51,259 nucleotides of DNA from an uncultured bacterium (GTDB lineage: Bacteria > Actinomycetota > Aquicultoria > SKW223 > CALKMS01), in assembly GCA_938091145.1 (NCBI GenBank), contig CALKMS010000032.1, positions 1-51,259 on the forward strand, given 5' to 3'. Both the position numbers and the translations under genes were made by a program. How positions within the stretch are numbered: the first letter of the stretch is position 1; each line of letters starts with the position of its first letter. The notes under the pieces are model-generated. The model had not been told where the DNA came from and did no database searches. It saw nothing but the letters and a program-made list of their open reading frames with translations. Of this stretch, positions 1 to 8,151 are shown one piece after another.

Positions 1-898
1 GCAGGTAGGAGCTGAAATCTTAGGAATTGAATCTCCAGCTGCGGATGCGGAAATAATCCTTTTGTTAACTGAGTTTTTGAGGGAATTAGGTGCAAAAAAC
101 TTTTACTTAATGATGAGTAGCATGGGTTGTCCTCAGTGCCGGCCGCCATATGTAAAGAAACTTAAAGTTTTTCTTGAAGAAAATAAAGATTCTCTTTGTT
201 CTGATTGTAAGCGCCGCTATGAGTTGAATCCTTTAAGGGTTTTTGACTGCAAAAATCCGTCGTGCGCTGAGTTAATTGCGGCCGCGCCAAAGATTTTAGA
301 TTCGCTTTGTTCTGACTGCATTGGTCATTTCGAAAAAGTGCAGAATTTACTTGAGGCAGTGGGTTTAAAGTTTACTATTGCGCCTAATCTGGTTCGTGGT
401 TTGGACTACTATCGGCGCACGACGTTTGAAGTTGTCAGCCCCTATTTAGGAGCCCAAAACGCACTGGGGGGAGGTGGTCGTTATGATGGTTTGGCTGAAG
501 ACTTGGGCGGCCAGCCGACGCCAGGCATTGGGTTTGCGGCAGGTGTTGAAAGAATACTAATTCACTTGAATAAGGAGGGAGTGGTTTTACCTGCTCTGAG
601 TTCACCTGAAATTTTTTTAATTGTTACTGATCCTTCTTTTCAAACGGAAGCCTTTTTTTTGGCTTGGGATTTGAGAAAGCAAGGTTTTACTGTTGAGTTT
701 GATTATCGCTTTCGAAAAGTGGGTAATCAGTTAAAGTTAGCTGATAGGCTTAAAGCCAAATATGCGGTTTTCTTAGGTGAAAAGGAAAAGTCAAAAAGAA
801 AATATAAATTAAAAGAAATGGTAAGTGGGTTGGAAAAGGAGATCCCCGAAAAAGAAATAGTTGTTTTCCTTAAAAAGAAATTGAGGGAGGGGAAGTGA
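1..898 (+). CDS. hisS: Histidine--tRNA ligase, C-terminal part (5' end upstream of window; codon phase starts at nt 2)
   Basis: Frame stays open from nt 2 (QVGAEILGIESPAADAEII...). HisRS-type Cys-rich insertion (CPQC...CSDC...CSDC), GGGRYDGL, and a C-terminal anticodon-binding domain. TGA overlaps the aspS GTG (GTGA). Confidence 0.9.
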   Translation, partial: QVGAEILGIESPAADAEIILLLTEFLRELGAKNFYLMMSSMGCPQCRPPYVKKLKVFLEENKDSLCSDCKRRYELNPLRVFDCKNPSCAELIAAAPKILDSLCSDCIGHFEKVQNLLEAVGLKFTIAPNLVRGLDYYRRTTFEVVSPYLGAQNALGGGGRYDGLAEDLGGQPTPGIGFAAGVERILIHLNKEGVVLPALSSPEIFLIVTDPSFQTEAFFLAWDLRKQGFTVEFDYRFRKVGNQLKLADRLKAKYAVFLGEKEKSKRKYKLKEMVSGLEKEIPEKEIVVFLKKKLREGK

Positions 899-2661
899 AA
901 GAGAAGAAAGTTTTGCTTACTGAAAGGACCCATTTTTGTGGTGATTTGGGATTATCTGATGTTGGTAGAGAAGTTAAAGTTTATGGGTGGGTTCATCGCC
1001 GTCGCGATCACGGGGGGGTAATCTTTCTTGATCTGAGGGATAGAACGGGCTTGATTCAACTAGTTGTGGATAGAGAAGAAAACCCTGAAGAATTTATTAA
1101 AGCGGAAAAAATCAGACCTGAATATGTATTAGAAGTGGAAGGGCTGGTGAGAAAAAGGCCTGCTGGAACTGAAAATCCTAACCTTCCAACTGGTGAGGTA
1201 GAAGTAAAAATTAAGAAGCTGACGGTGCTTTCAGTTTCTAAAACTCCTCCCTTTGAAATCGAAGATGACATAAATGTTGAAGAGTCAGTTCGTCTAAAAT
1301 ACCGCTATCTTGACTTGCGGCGACCATCAATGATTGGTAACTTAATATTGCGTCACCGGATAACATCTGAGATTAGGGATTATCTCAATCGGTATCAATT
1401 TATTGAAGTTGAAACTCCCTATCTCACCAAGAGTACGCCCGAAGGTGCGCGTGACTATCTTGTTCCTGCTCGCCTCAATCCGGGGCGGTTTTACGCTTTA
1501 GCTCAGTCACCACAGCTTTTTAAGCAAATATTGATGGTTGCAGGAGTTGAAAGATATTATCAATTTGCCCGATGTTTTCGAGATGAGGATCTGCGGCGAG
1601 ATCGGCAACCGGAACACACTCAAGTAGACATTGAGATGTCTTTTGTCAGCAAAGAAGATATTTTTGAGCTAGTTGAAGGCTTAATGGAGCGGGCGTTTAC
1701 TGTCTCTGGATACAGGATAAAAGTTCCTTTTAAACGTCTGACTTATGAGGAAGCGATGTTGCGATACGGGACCGACAAGCCTGACTTGCGTTATGGATTG
1801 GAAATCTCTGACTTGACGGAGATTTTTACTGAAAGTGATTTTAGAGTTTTTCGAGACGTTGTTGCCTTAGGTGGTTGTGTTAGAGGATTGAAGGCTGAAG
1901 CAAGCTTTTCGCGAAGTCAGCTTGACGAGATTACTGAATGGGCAAAAGGTCAAGGTGCGAGAGGGCTGGTTTGGTTGGTTCAAGAAGACGAAATTAAATC
2001 TCCGGTTGCAAAGTTTTTTTCGGAAATTGAAAAAGAGGAGTTAAAAAAACGACTAGATTTTAGAAGAGGCCAAACTGTTTTTTTAATGGCGGGAAGAGAA
2101 ACCGAAGTCGCAGAGTTAATGGGTCTTTTGCGAGCTAAGTTAGCCGATGAGCTTGGTTTAATAAGAACTGATGAATATCAGCTAATCTGGGTAACTGATT
2201 TTCCCTTGTTTGGTTATGATGAGGAGACTAAAACTTATTTTTCTTTCCATCATCCCTTTACTCGCCCAACCATCGAAACAGTTTCATTGCTTGATAGAGA
2301 TCCTTTGAAAGTAAAAGCGGAGGCCTATGACTTAGTGGTAAACGGTGTAGAGGTTGCTGGTGGTAGTTTGAGGATTTACCAGCCGGAGGTGCAAAAAAAG
2401 GTGTTTTCTCTCCTTGGGCTTTCGAATGAGGAAGCTCAAAGGAAATTTGGCTTTCTGCTTGAAGCTTTCGAATATGGGGTGCCACCGCATGGTGGAATTG
2501 CAATTGGGCTTGACCGTTTGGTTATGATTTTAGCAGGTCGGAAGACAATTCGAGATGTGATAGCTTTTCCCAAAACTCAGTCTGCTTATTGTCCTTTAAC
2601 GGGTGCGCCTGACGAAGTTGATGATGAACAGCTTAAAGAACTTCATTTAAAGAAGCGATAA
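895..2661 (+). CDS. aspS: Aspartate--tRNA ligase (possibly non-discriminating, since GatCAB is present)
   Basis: 588 aa. N-terminal OB fold and class-II motifs (FRDEDLRRDRQPEHTQ, GGSLRIY, GLDRLVMIL). Start is coupled to the hisS stop. Confidence 0.95.
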   Translation: MKEKKVLLTERTHFCGDLGLSDVGREVKVYGWVHRRRDHGGVIFLDLRDRTGLIQLVVDREENPEEFIKAEKIRPEYVLEVEGLVRKRPAGTENPNLPTGEVEVKIKKLTVLSVSKTPPFEIEDDINVEESVRLKYRYLDLRRPSMIGNLILRHRITSEIRDYLNRYQFIEVETPYLTKSTPEGARDYLVPARLNPGRFYALAQSPQLFKQILMVAGVERYYQFARCFRDEDLRRDRQPEHTQVDIEMSFVSKEDIFELVEGLMERAFTVSGYRIKVPFKRLTYEEAMLRYGTDKPDLRYGLEISDLTEIFTESDFRVFRDVVALGGCVRGLKAEASFSRSQLDEITEWAKGQGARGLVWLVQEDEIKSPVAKFFSEIEKEELKKRLDFRRGQTVFLMAGRETEVAELMGLLRAKLADELGLIRTDEYQLIWVTDFPLFGYDEETKTYFSFHHPFTRPTIETVSLLDRDPLKVKAEAYDLVVNGVEVAGGSLRIYQPEVQKKVFSLLGLSNEEAQRKFGFLLEAFEYGVPPHGGIAIGLDRLVMILAGRKTIRDVIAFPKTQSAYCPLTGAPDEVDDEQLKELHLKKR

Positions 2662-2685
2662 TTTAGCCAATTGAGGGCGGTTAAA

Positions 2686-2719
2686 AAAGATAGATAGATA
2701 ATTAAAGATAGATAGATAA
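2686..2719. repeat. Two copies of AAAGATAGATAGATAA ((GATA)3 core) 18 bp apart
   Basis: Exact 16-nt direct repeat at 2686-2701 and 2704-2719, just after the aspS stop. Confidence 0.9.
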
Positions 2720-2994
2720 ATAAATAGCGAGTTTTTGCATTGTGGAAAGGTTTAACATGTTAGTTCTTGCAGAAATTTGTGGTGTAGTTAGCTGATTAAT
2801 GATCCTTATAGCTAGACATTAACGTATATTAACTTGGGATTAAATTCAATAAGACTTCAGAAGCTACTGAATACTACTAGCTTTGGCTGCTAACAAATAT
2901 CCCGTTCTAAACTTTAAGCGTACTAAATGACTCGAAAAAACAAAAGCTCAATTTCTTTGTTGGTCTCCAGGCTGTCATTGATGTCAGCATTAAC

Positions 2995-3023
2995 TTCAAA
3001 CTGCTGTAAAAAAGTGCTAAAAT
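2995..3023 (+). promoter_or_regulatory. Possible sigma70-like promoter for the structured leader (TTCAAA-N17-TAAAAT with TGn extension)
   Basis: -35 TTCAAA 2995-3000; TG 3015-3016; -10 TAAAAT 3018-3023. Predicted TSS is about 15 nt upstream of the closing helix of the RNA element. Confidence 0.25.
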
Positions 3024-3045
3024 AGCAGTAGTGAAAATTGAATAT

Positions 3046-3229
3046 GGGCTCTGCCTTGTTCGTGAGATGGAATTTTTACTCGCTTGAGCCAACAAATCGA
3101 GCGAGGGAGCCCGGTCTCCAGTTACGGAAATGAAGCCTCTTCTGAGGAATCAGGAAGTAACTGGGAGGGCACCCACTTATGTGGGGAAAGGGTTCAGCTG
3201 AGTATTCCGGACACGGCAAGGCGGAGCTC
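3046..3229 (+). promoter_or_regulatory. Structured GC-rich 5' leader RNA (riboswitch-like; class unassigned, some ydaO/c-di-AMP-like sequence words)
   Basis: Closing helix 3046-3064 pairs with 3212-3229 (18 bp including G.U pairs that only work on the + strand). GGAAU 3069-3073 pairs with AUUCC 3204-3208. Hairpins at 3079-3105, 3118-3164 and 3172-3185. GAGCCC 3107-3112 pairs with GGGUUC 3190-3195. The element ends 4 nt before SD 3233-3238. Confidence 0.55.
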
Positions 3230-3242
3230 AAAAGGAGGGATA

Positions 3243-3758
3243 GTGAAAGAAAAAGCACTATTAGCAGCAGTTTTAGTTGGCCTAGTTACCTTAGCTGGTT
3301 GCGGGGGGGGCGGAACAACGCAAACAACTTCACCTGGAGGAGTGCCGGGGACGACAATTGAGAAATCAACGGCAACGCCGGCGACTGTGCCTCGGCTTGA
3401 GGTGCCGCGCGAGTATAAGGTTACTGAGAAAACTCCTCAATTTTTTAGAGAAGCAATCGAAAAGAAAGTTCCAATTGTAGTTCTTTTTTACACTCTTGAT
3501 GACACTGCCTCTAATTTAGTTCGAGCTGAGCTGAAAGAGGCAGTGGGCGATCCGAACTATGTTGATAAGGTAGTTTATATTGCTTTAGATATTAAAGATT
3601 ATGAAAAATCAGCTCGCTTAGCAGAAGAGTTTGGTGTAGGTTTGATACCACACCTTTCCTTTATAAGTTCCGATGGGAAGGTGGTAAAGGAATATCGCGG
3701 TTACGTTGACAGCTCGATAATAAAGCAGAATTTGCATAACTTATTACAGGAGCAATAG
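3243..3758 (+). CDS. Thioredoxin-fold-like lipoprotein lacking a CxxC motif
   Basis: GTG 3243 follows AGGAGG (3233-3238). KEKALLAAVLVGLVTLAGC is a lipoprotein signal with lipobox. A G/T/P-rich linker precedes a Trx-like core (VPIVVLFYT...GLIPHLSFISSDGKVV) with no cysteines. Confidence 0.75.
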   Translation: MKEKALLAAVLVGLVTLAGCGGGGTTQTTSPGGVPGTTIEKSTATPATVPRLEVPREYKVTEKTPQFFREAIEKKVPIVVLFYTLDDTASNLVRAELKEAVGDPNYVDKVVYIALDIKDYEKSARLAEEFGVGLIPHLSFISSDGKVVKEYRGYVDSSIIKQNLHNLLQEQ

Positions 3759-3771
3759 AAGCACAAAAAAG

Positions 3772-4596
3772 ATGAAGTGTGAAAAATGCGGGTTTGATAA
3801 TCCGAAAGATTTTGTTTTTTGTGGGCGATGTGGGGAGTTGGTTTCTCTGGGTGAAAAAGGGGAGTGGCGAAAATATTGTGTTTACTGCCAGTTCAAAAAT
3901 AAGCCGAGGCCTGACGGGACAAGTTATTGCCAGGGATGCGAAGGAGAGCCATTAGATAGGATTTCTTCACAAGTGAAAAATTCTTCAAGTTTTGAAAGTG
4001 TTTTGACTGAAGATTTTAAGAGAACCAGAAGGAAGATTTTTTCGGCTCAACTTAACTGGCCACTAATGTTTTTGTTTTTTACTTTAATTGTGTTTGCCAT
4101 CACGGTTCTTGCTTTTCGTTGGCTTTCTTTTTCTCGATTACCAAGTGAAAAGGAAAAGGAGTATCTAAAATTTGCTGACCATTGTATAGATGATTATGAT
4201 GTGATTGTAAAGCGAATGGGGGAAATAGGAAACCAGGTTTTCCGACCTGAAGAGGCAGGTTTTGAAGAAAGAAAAATGAAAGCTTTGAAGGATTTTGAAC
4301 AGTTAAATGATAATGTGGAAAGAGTTTATCGGGAGCTAAAGTCCAGATCGGCCCCTGCCAGATTTAAAGATTTTAGAGAAAGATTGCTGTCAGTATACAA
4401 AATTATTTATACGAGAGAACTACCAGAACTTAAAGAGTTTGTGACAGTTGTTGATCATTCAATTGTTGTTTCAATGATGAAGGGAGATTTGAATCGCAGT
4501 CCTTTTGAAAAGGCAGTTCTCGTTGGGGATGATGTTTCTAAAAAAATGGATGAAGTTATAAGGTTGAGGTATTTAAAAGGAGTTGTTGAAGAGTAA
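3772..4596 (+). CDS. Double zinc-ribbon, single-pass membrane protein of unknown function
   Basis: Two CxxC...CxxC ribbons (CEKC..CGRC; CVYC..CQGC), one TM helix (WPLMFLFFTLIVFAITVLAF) and a helical C-terminal domain of about 150 aa. No family recognised. Confidence 0.75.
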   Translation: MKCEKCGFDNPKDFVFCGRCGELVSLGEKGEWRKYCVYCQFKNKPRPDGTSYCQGCEGEPLDRISSQVKNSSSFESVLTEDFKRTRRKIFSAQLNWPLMFLFFTLIVFAITVLAFRWLSFSRLPSEKEKEYLKFADHCIDDYDVIVKRMGEIGNQVFRPEEAGFEERKMKALKDFEQLNDNVERVYRELKSRSAPARFKDFRERLLSVYKIIYTRELPELKEFVTVVDHSIVVSMMKGDLNRSPFEKAVLVGDDVSKKMDEVIRLRYLKGVVEE

Positions 4597-4601
4597 AAAT
4601 T

Positions 4602-4630
4602 TTGCTAAAAAAATGAAAAAATATTAAAAT
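4602..4630 (+). promoter_or_regulatory. Possible sigma70-like promoter (TTGCTA-N17-TAAAAT) ahead of the large lipoprotein gene
   Basis: -35 at 4602-4607, 17-nt spacer, -10 at 4625-4630. SD AGGAGGAGG at 4645-4653 follows. Confidence 0.4.
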
Positions 4631-4660
4631 AAGATGATAGTTTTAGGAGGAGGAACAAAA

Positions 4661-6784
4661 GTGGAAAAAATGAAGAAGTTAGTCGCAGCATCAATGGCAA
4701 TATTATTGGTAGTAATTATAGGGGGCTGTGCTGCCCCTCCGGTTGAAAAAAAGGCACCCCCAGCAGTAACTGAGGAAGCTCCTAAAGAGTTTTCCCTTTC
4801 TGAAATGCAAAAGTTTTCCGAGGAAGCTTTGGCCTTAGCCTATGGCGACCCATTCCGTAGTGATCCTTATTTAGCAGCTCTTGAACTGATAAAGGGCCGG
4901 GAAGTTGCTGTTGAAGGGTTGCAGGTTCGGATTATTACCCCGGAGGATGGTGAGGCTGTGACTGGAAAAGTGACAGTGCGATCGGTAGTCAAGATCGGAG
5001 GTCCGCCTGTTCAAAATGTGCGATTTTATGTGGATGGTTATCTTCGAGATATAAAAGACAAACCGCCTTATGAGTTCGTGTGGGATACGGCTGAAGAAGC
5101 TTTTACTTCTCATACTTTGAAGGTGGTGGCATTTGATGGAAAGAACCAAGCGAGTGATGAAATTACAGTTTACTGTGCTGTTAATGGCGGGATTGCTCTT
5201 GAAGGAGGAAATTACAGCAAAAAAAGTGGCTATGTTTCTTCTGTAAAATATCTTGATGTGGATGAGAATCGATATATTAAAGCAGTGGTTGCTAAAGGTA
5301 GCTCGTCAACTTTTTTGACTTATGTTTTCTCTCCGCCCCACCCGTTTTCTTACATTCAAGGCAAGCTGACAATAAACGGTAAAGTTTTAGCTGGTGATAA
5401 GCCACAAGTTTACATTTACAACTGGGCTTCTCAGAAGTACGAAGAAGAAATTGTTGATTTCCGAAGCGGTAAGGCAGTTGGTTTTGTGGAAGGAACGGAT
5501 TTTGGCTTTCCTTATTTCCAACCGGGAAGCAATCAGGTTTTAGTAAAAATACTTGTCCCATCCGGTTCAACTTACCAAATTGAAAGCTTGAACTTGAGTT
5601 ACAAATATGTGAGGGATAGAGTTAGACCTCGTATTGATGGTCTATTTCTTCAAAAATATCTTGATTCAAAAGGCACTGAAACCAAAGCTCGTTTTATTTT
5701 TAACCTTTCCGAAGACGCTTTCGTCACCCTCAGCCTTTATAAATTAAGCGGAGAAAAAATTGCTTCTTGTAGAAAAGCTTTTGGTTCCGGCTACAACTGG
5801 TTTAATTGGGAAGTGCCGAGAGGCCTTTCTGTTTCTAAATTGAGATACCGTTTAGCTGCCCAAGATTCGGCGGGCAACGCTTGGTTGACTCCGCTTAAAT
5901 CTTTCAAGCCGCTTGTCCCCGATCCTTATCAGTATCTTCCCAAACCTTCTTATTTTGGTGTTGAAGGAACACCGATTGTTTTACCTTATAGCAGGCAAAC
6001 GACTGAGACTACTGTTTCAGTTTGGAATTTCGTTGCTCACAAGGGGAATGTGCAAAAAGTTAGTTATTATGGGAACCCAGATTATCGAGCCGTTTTAGTT
6101 GGACCCTACGAAACTTGGTCTTCGGTTATTTATGCTTTTAAGGCTAGAAAACTTACGCCATTTGAGTATGCCAGTTTCAAAGCCAATTTCGAGGTTGAAG
6201 AGATTCATATGGCGGGCACTCAAAAACCCGTTTTCAAGATTTACAACTATGTTACAGGGAAGTATGATTCCCATCTTTATAATCCAGTTTCAGCTCGCGA
6301 TGCTTTTTCGCCTTTGGCCTCAAATGTTTATAGTGAACAGTGGGCTTCGGGAAATGAAATTCCATGGTATTACGCTGAACCGGGCACCGGTATTGTGAGG
6401 ATAAAGTACGAGGTTCCACCTCGTTCTATTGTTTTGTTAAAGGATAAGATTACCTTGAGCTATCGCTGTGCAGCTGATAGTGTCGATCCGAAAATTGCCT
6501 CTGGTAGTTTACGGATGAAAGATGTTAAACCAGGGGACGGAAAAGTGGAATTTCGCTATAATCTTTTTGAAGATGCATTTGTCACTATCAGAGTTGAGAC
6601 TCGTTCTGGAAAGTTGATCAGGTCAACCAAGTGGGGCGATAGGAAAGGATTCTCTTACCATTATTTCTGGGTTCCGCCTGAGTATTATGGCAAGAGAGCT
6701 CGAGTGAAACTTTACCTTCAAGACCCGGCAGGAAATACTTCTTCTACTGGATACTATTACTTTACTTTCCCCCGTACCCCTTAG
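4661..6784 (+). CDS. Large lipoprotein: Ig-like domain plus an internally duplicated beta-sandwich/FlgD-Ig-like module
   Basis: GTG 4661 lies 7 nt after the SD (ATG 4670 is an alternative). MKKLVAASMAILLVVIIGGC is a signal with lipobox. Big-type Ig domain (VTGKVTV..VRFYVDG..PPYEFVWDT..HTLKVVAFDG). Two FlgD-Ig-like segments (FNLSEDAFVTLSLY.., YNLFEDAFVTIRVE..). Confidence 0.8.
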   Translation: MEKMKKLVAASMAILLVVIIGGCAAPPVEKKAPPAVTEEAPKEFSLSEMQKFSEEALALAYGDPFRSDPYLAALELIKGREVAVEGLQVRIITPEDGEAVTGKVTVRSVVKIGGPPVQNVRFYVDGYLRDIKDKPPYEFVWDTAEEAFTSHTLKVVAFDGKNQASDEITVYCAVNGGIALEGGNYSKKSGYVSSVKYLDVDENRYIKAVVAKGSSSTFLTYVFSPPHPFSYIQGKLTINGKVLAGDKPQVYIYNWASQKYEEEIVDFRSGKAVGFVEGTDFGFPYFQPGSNQVLVKILVPSGSTYQIESLNLSYKYVRDRVRPRIDGLFLQKYLDSKGTETKARFIFNLSEDAFVTLSLYKLSGEKIASCRKAFGSGYNWFNWEVPRGLSVSKLRYRLAAQDSAGNAWLTPLKSFKPLVPDPYQYLPKPSYFGVEGTPIVLPYSRQTTETTVSVWNFVAHKGNVQKVSYYGNPDYRAVLVGPYETWSSVIYAFKARKLTPFEYASFKANFEVEEIHMAGTQKPVFKIYNYVTGKYDSHLYNPVSARDAFSPLASNVYSEQWASGNEIPWYYAEPGTGIVRIKYEVPPRSIVLLKDKITLSYRCAADSVDPKIASGSLRMKDVKPGDGKVEFRYNLFEDAFVTIRVETRSGKLIRSTKWGDRKGFSYHYFWVPPEYYGKRARVKLYLQDPAGNTSSTGYYYFTFPRTP

Positions 6785-6786
6785 CT

Positions 6787-8151
6787 TTGAATTTTTTTGG
6801 CGAAGAAGAAAAGAAAGAAATAGAGCGCGAGCCTTTGGCTTATAGAATGCGACCCCGAGATTTGGGGGAATTTGTTGGGCAGGAGGAGGCAATAGGAGAA
6901 GGCTCGCTTCTTCGTCAGGCAATTGAAGCTGACCGAGTTCCTTCGCTTATTTTGTTTGGCCCGCCTGGCAGTGGGAAAAGCAGTTTGGCTCAGATAATTT
7001 CTCAGCAAACGCGGAAGGCTTGGGAAAGTTTGTCAGCAGTAAATTCTGGTGTGCCGGAATTAAGAAGGGTTATTACTCGAGCTGAACAAAGATTCCAAAC
7101 AAAAGGAGAACAAACTATCCTTTTTATTGATGAAATTCATCGCTTTAATAAATCCCAGCAAGCAGCTCTTTTGCCGGCGGTGGAGAATGGAACCCTAGTT
7201 TTAATTGGCTCAACAACTGAGAATCCATTTTTTGAAATTATTTCGCCACTTTTGTCGCGCTCTAAACTAGTCATTTTTAAGCCCCTTTCTGATGAGGAAA
7301 TCGAGATAATAATTGACCGTGCATTAACTGATAAAGAGCGAGGTCTTGGCGGTGCTGAAGAAGGAATTACACTTGAAGCAAAAAAAGCGATTATTAAATA
7401 TTCTGGTGGAGATGCGCGAGTTGCTTTAAACACTCTCGAACTTTCTTTTTTTCTTGCCCGAAAAGCCGGCAAAAAAGAGGTGGAGTTGGAAGAAGTCAGG
7501 AAAGCTCAGCAAGAAAGAGTTTTCTACTTTAGTCGGCAGGGAGATGCTCATTATGATCTCGCGTCGGCTTTTATTAAAAGTATGAGGGGTTCGGATCCAG
7601 ATGCTGCTCTGTACTATTTGGCTCGAATGATAAAAGCGGGCGAAGATCCAAAGTTTATTGCCAGAAGAATGGTTGTTTTTGCTTCTGAGGATATTGGCAA
7701 TGCTCAACCGGAAGCGTTAACTGTGGCTCTAAGTGCTTTCCGGGCAGTGGAGGTTGTAGGACTTCCTGAAGCCGCTCTAAACTTAGCTCAAGCTTGTATT
7801 TATCTTTCTTGTTCACCTAAGAGCAACACGGTTAAAAAAGCAATTGATGCTGCTTTTCAAGCAGTAGAGAAAGAAGGCGAACTTCCTGTTCCTGATCATT
7901 TGCGGAGCAGCGGCTATCCAGGAGCAAAAAAACTGGGTTTGGGCTCCAATTACAAATACCCACATGACTATGAACGACACTATGTTGAGCAGGAATATCT
8001 TCCTGAGAAGATTCGGTCTTTTCAATTTTACCAGCCTTCAAATATTGGCTTTGAAAAAAAATTGAGTGATTTTCTTCGTTTTCTGAAAGGAGGTGGGAAA
8101 GATGAAGGTAAAAGAGGTGATGAAAAGACAGGTAGTGACAATTTCTCCTGA
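6787..8151 (+). CDS. rarA: Replication-associated recombination protein A (AAA+ ATPase RarA/MgsA)
   Basis: PLAYRMRP..FVGQE, Walker [40 protein letters not shown], and the MgsA C-domain (YDLASAFIKSMRGSDPDAALYYLARM). Confidence 0.92.
   Translation: MNFFGEEEKKEIEREPLAYRMRPRDLGEFVGQEEAIGEGSLLRQAIEADRVPSLILFGPPGSGKSSLAQIISQQTRKAWESLSAVNSGVPELRRVITRAEQRFQTKGEQTILFIDEIHRFNKSQQAALLPAVENGTLVLIGSTTENPFFEIISPLLSRSKLVIFKPLSDEEIEIIIDRALTDKERGLGGAEEGITLEAKKAIIKYSGGDARVALNTLELSFFLARKAGKKEVELEEVRKAQQERVFYFSRQGDAHYDLASAFIKSMRGSDPDAALYYLARMIKAGEDPKFIARRMVVFASEDIGNAQPEALTVALSAFRAVEVVGLPEAALNLAQACIYLSCSPKSNTVKKAIDAAFQAVEKEGELPVPDHLRSSGYPGAKKLGLGSNYKYPHDYERHYVEQEYLPEKIRSFQFYQPSNIGFEKKLSDFLRFLKGGGKDEGKRGDEKTGSDNFS

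Noticed and set aside
2907-3095. The 62-aa minus-strand ORF in the aspS-downstream spacer.
   Set aside because: It has no SD, low-complexity composition and no recognisable motif, and it runs into the structured RNA region. It is treated as non-coding.
3046-3229. Assigning the structured RNA to SRP (4.5S) RNA, RNase P RNA, tmRNA, or a cobalamin, TPP, SAM, glycine or guanidine riboswitch.
   Set aside because: The diagnostic motifs I recall are absent or only partially matched by chance words. These include the GGAA tetraloop with AGCAGCC in SRP, GAGGAAAGUCC in RNase P, the tRNA-like end of tmRNA, the B12 box, and CUGAGA/ACCUGA of TPP. Only the ydaO-like resemblance was kept, and only as a hypothesis.
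3084-3242. The ORF track's 53-codon N-terminal extension (TTG 3084) of the thioredoxin-like lipoprotein, and the overlapping small ORFs 3179..3361 (+) and 3076..3258 (-).
   Set aside because: The lipoprotein signal peptide and lipobox must be N-terminal. A strong AGGAGG precedes GTG 3243. The upstream stretch is better explained as the structured RNA, and its open frame is a by-product of high GC.
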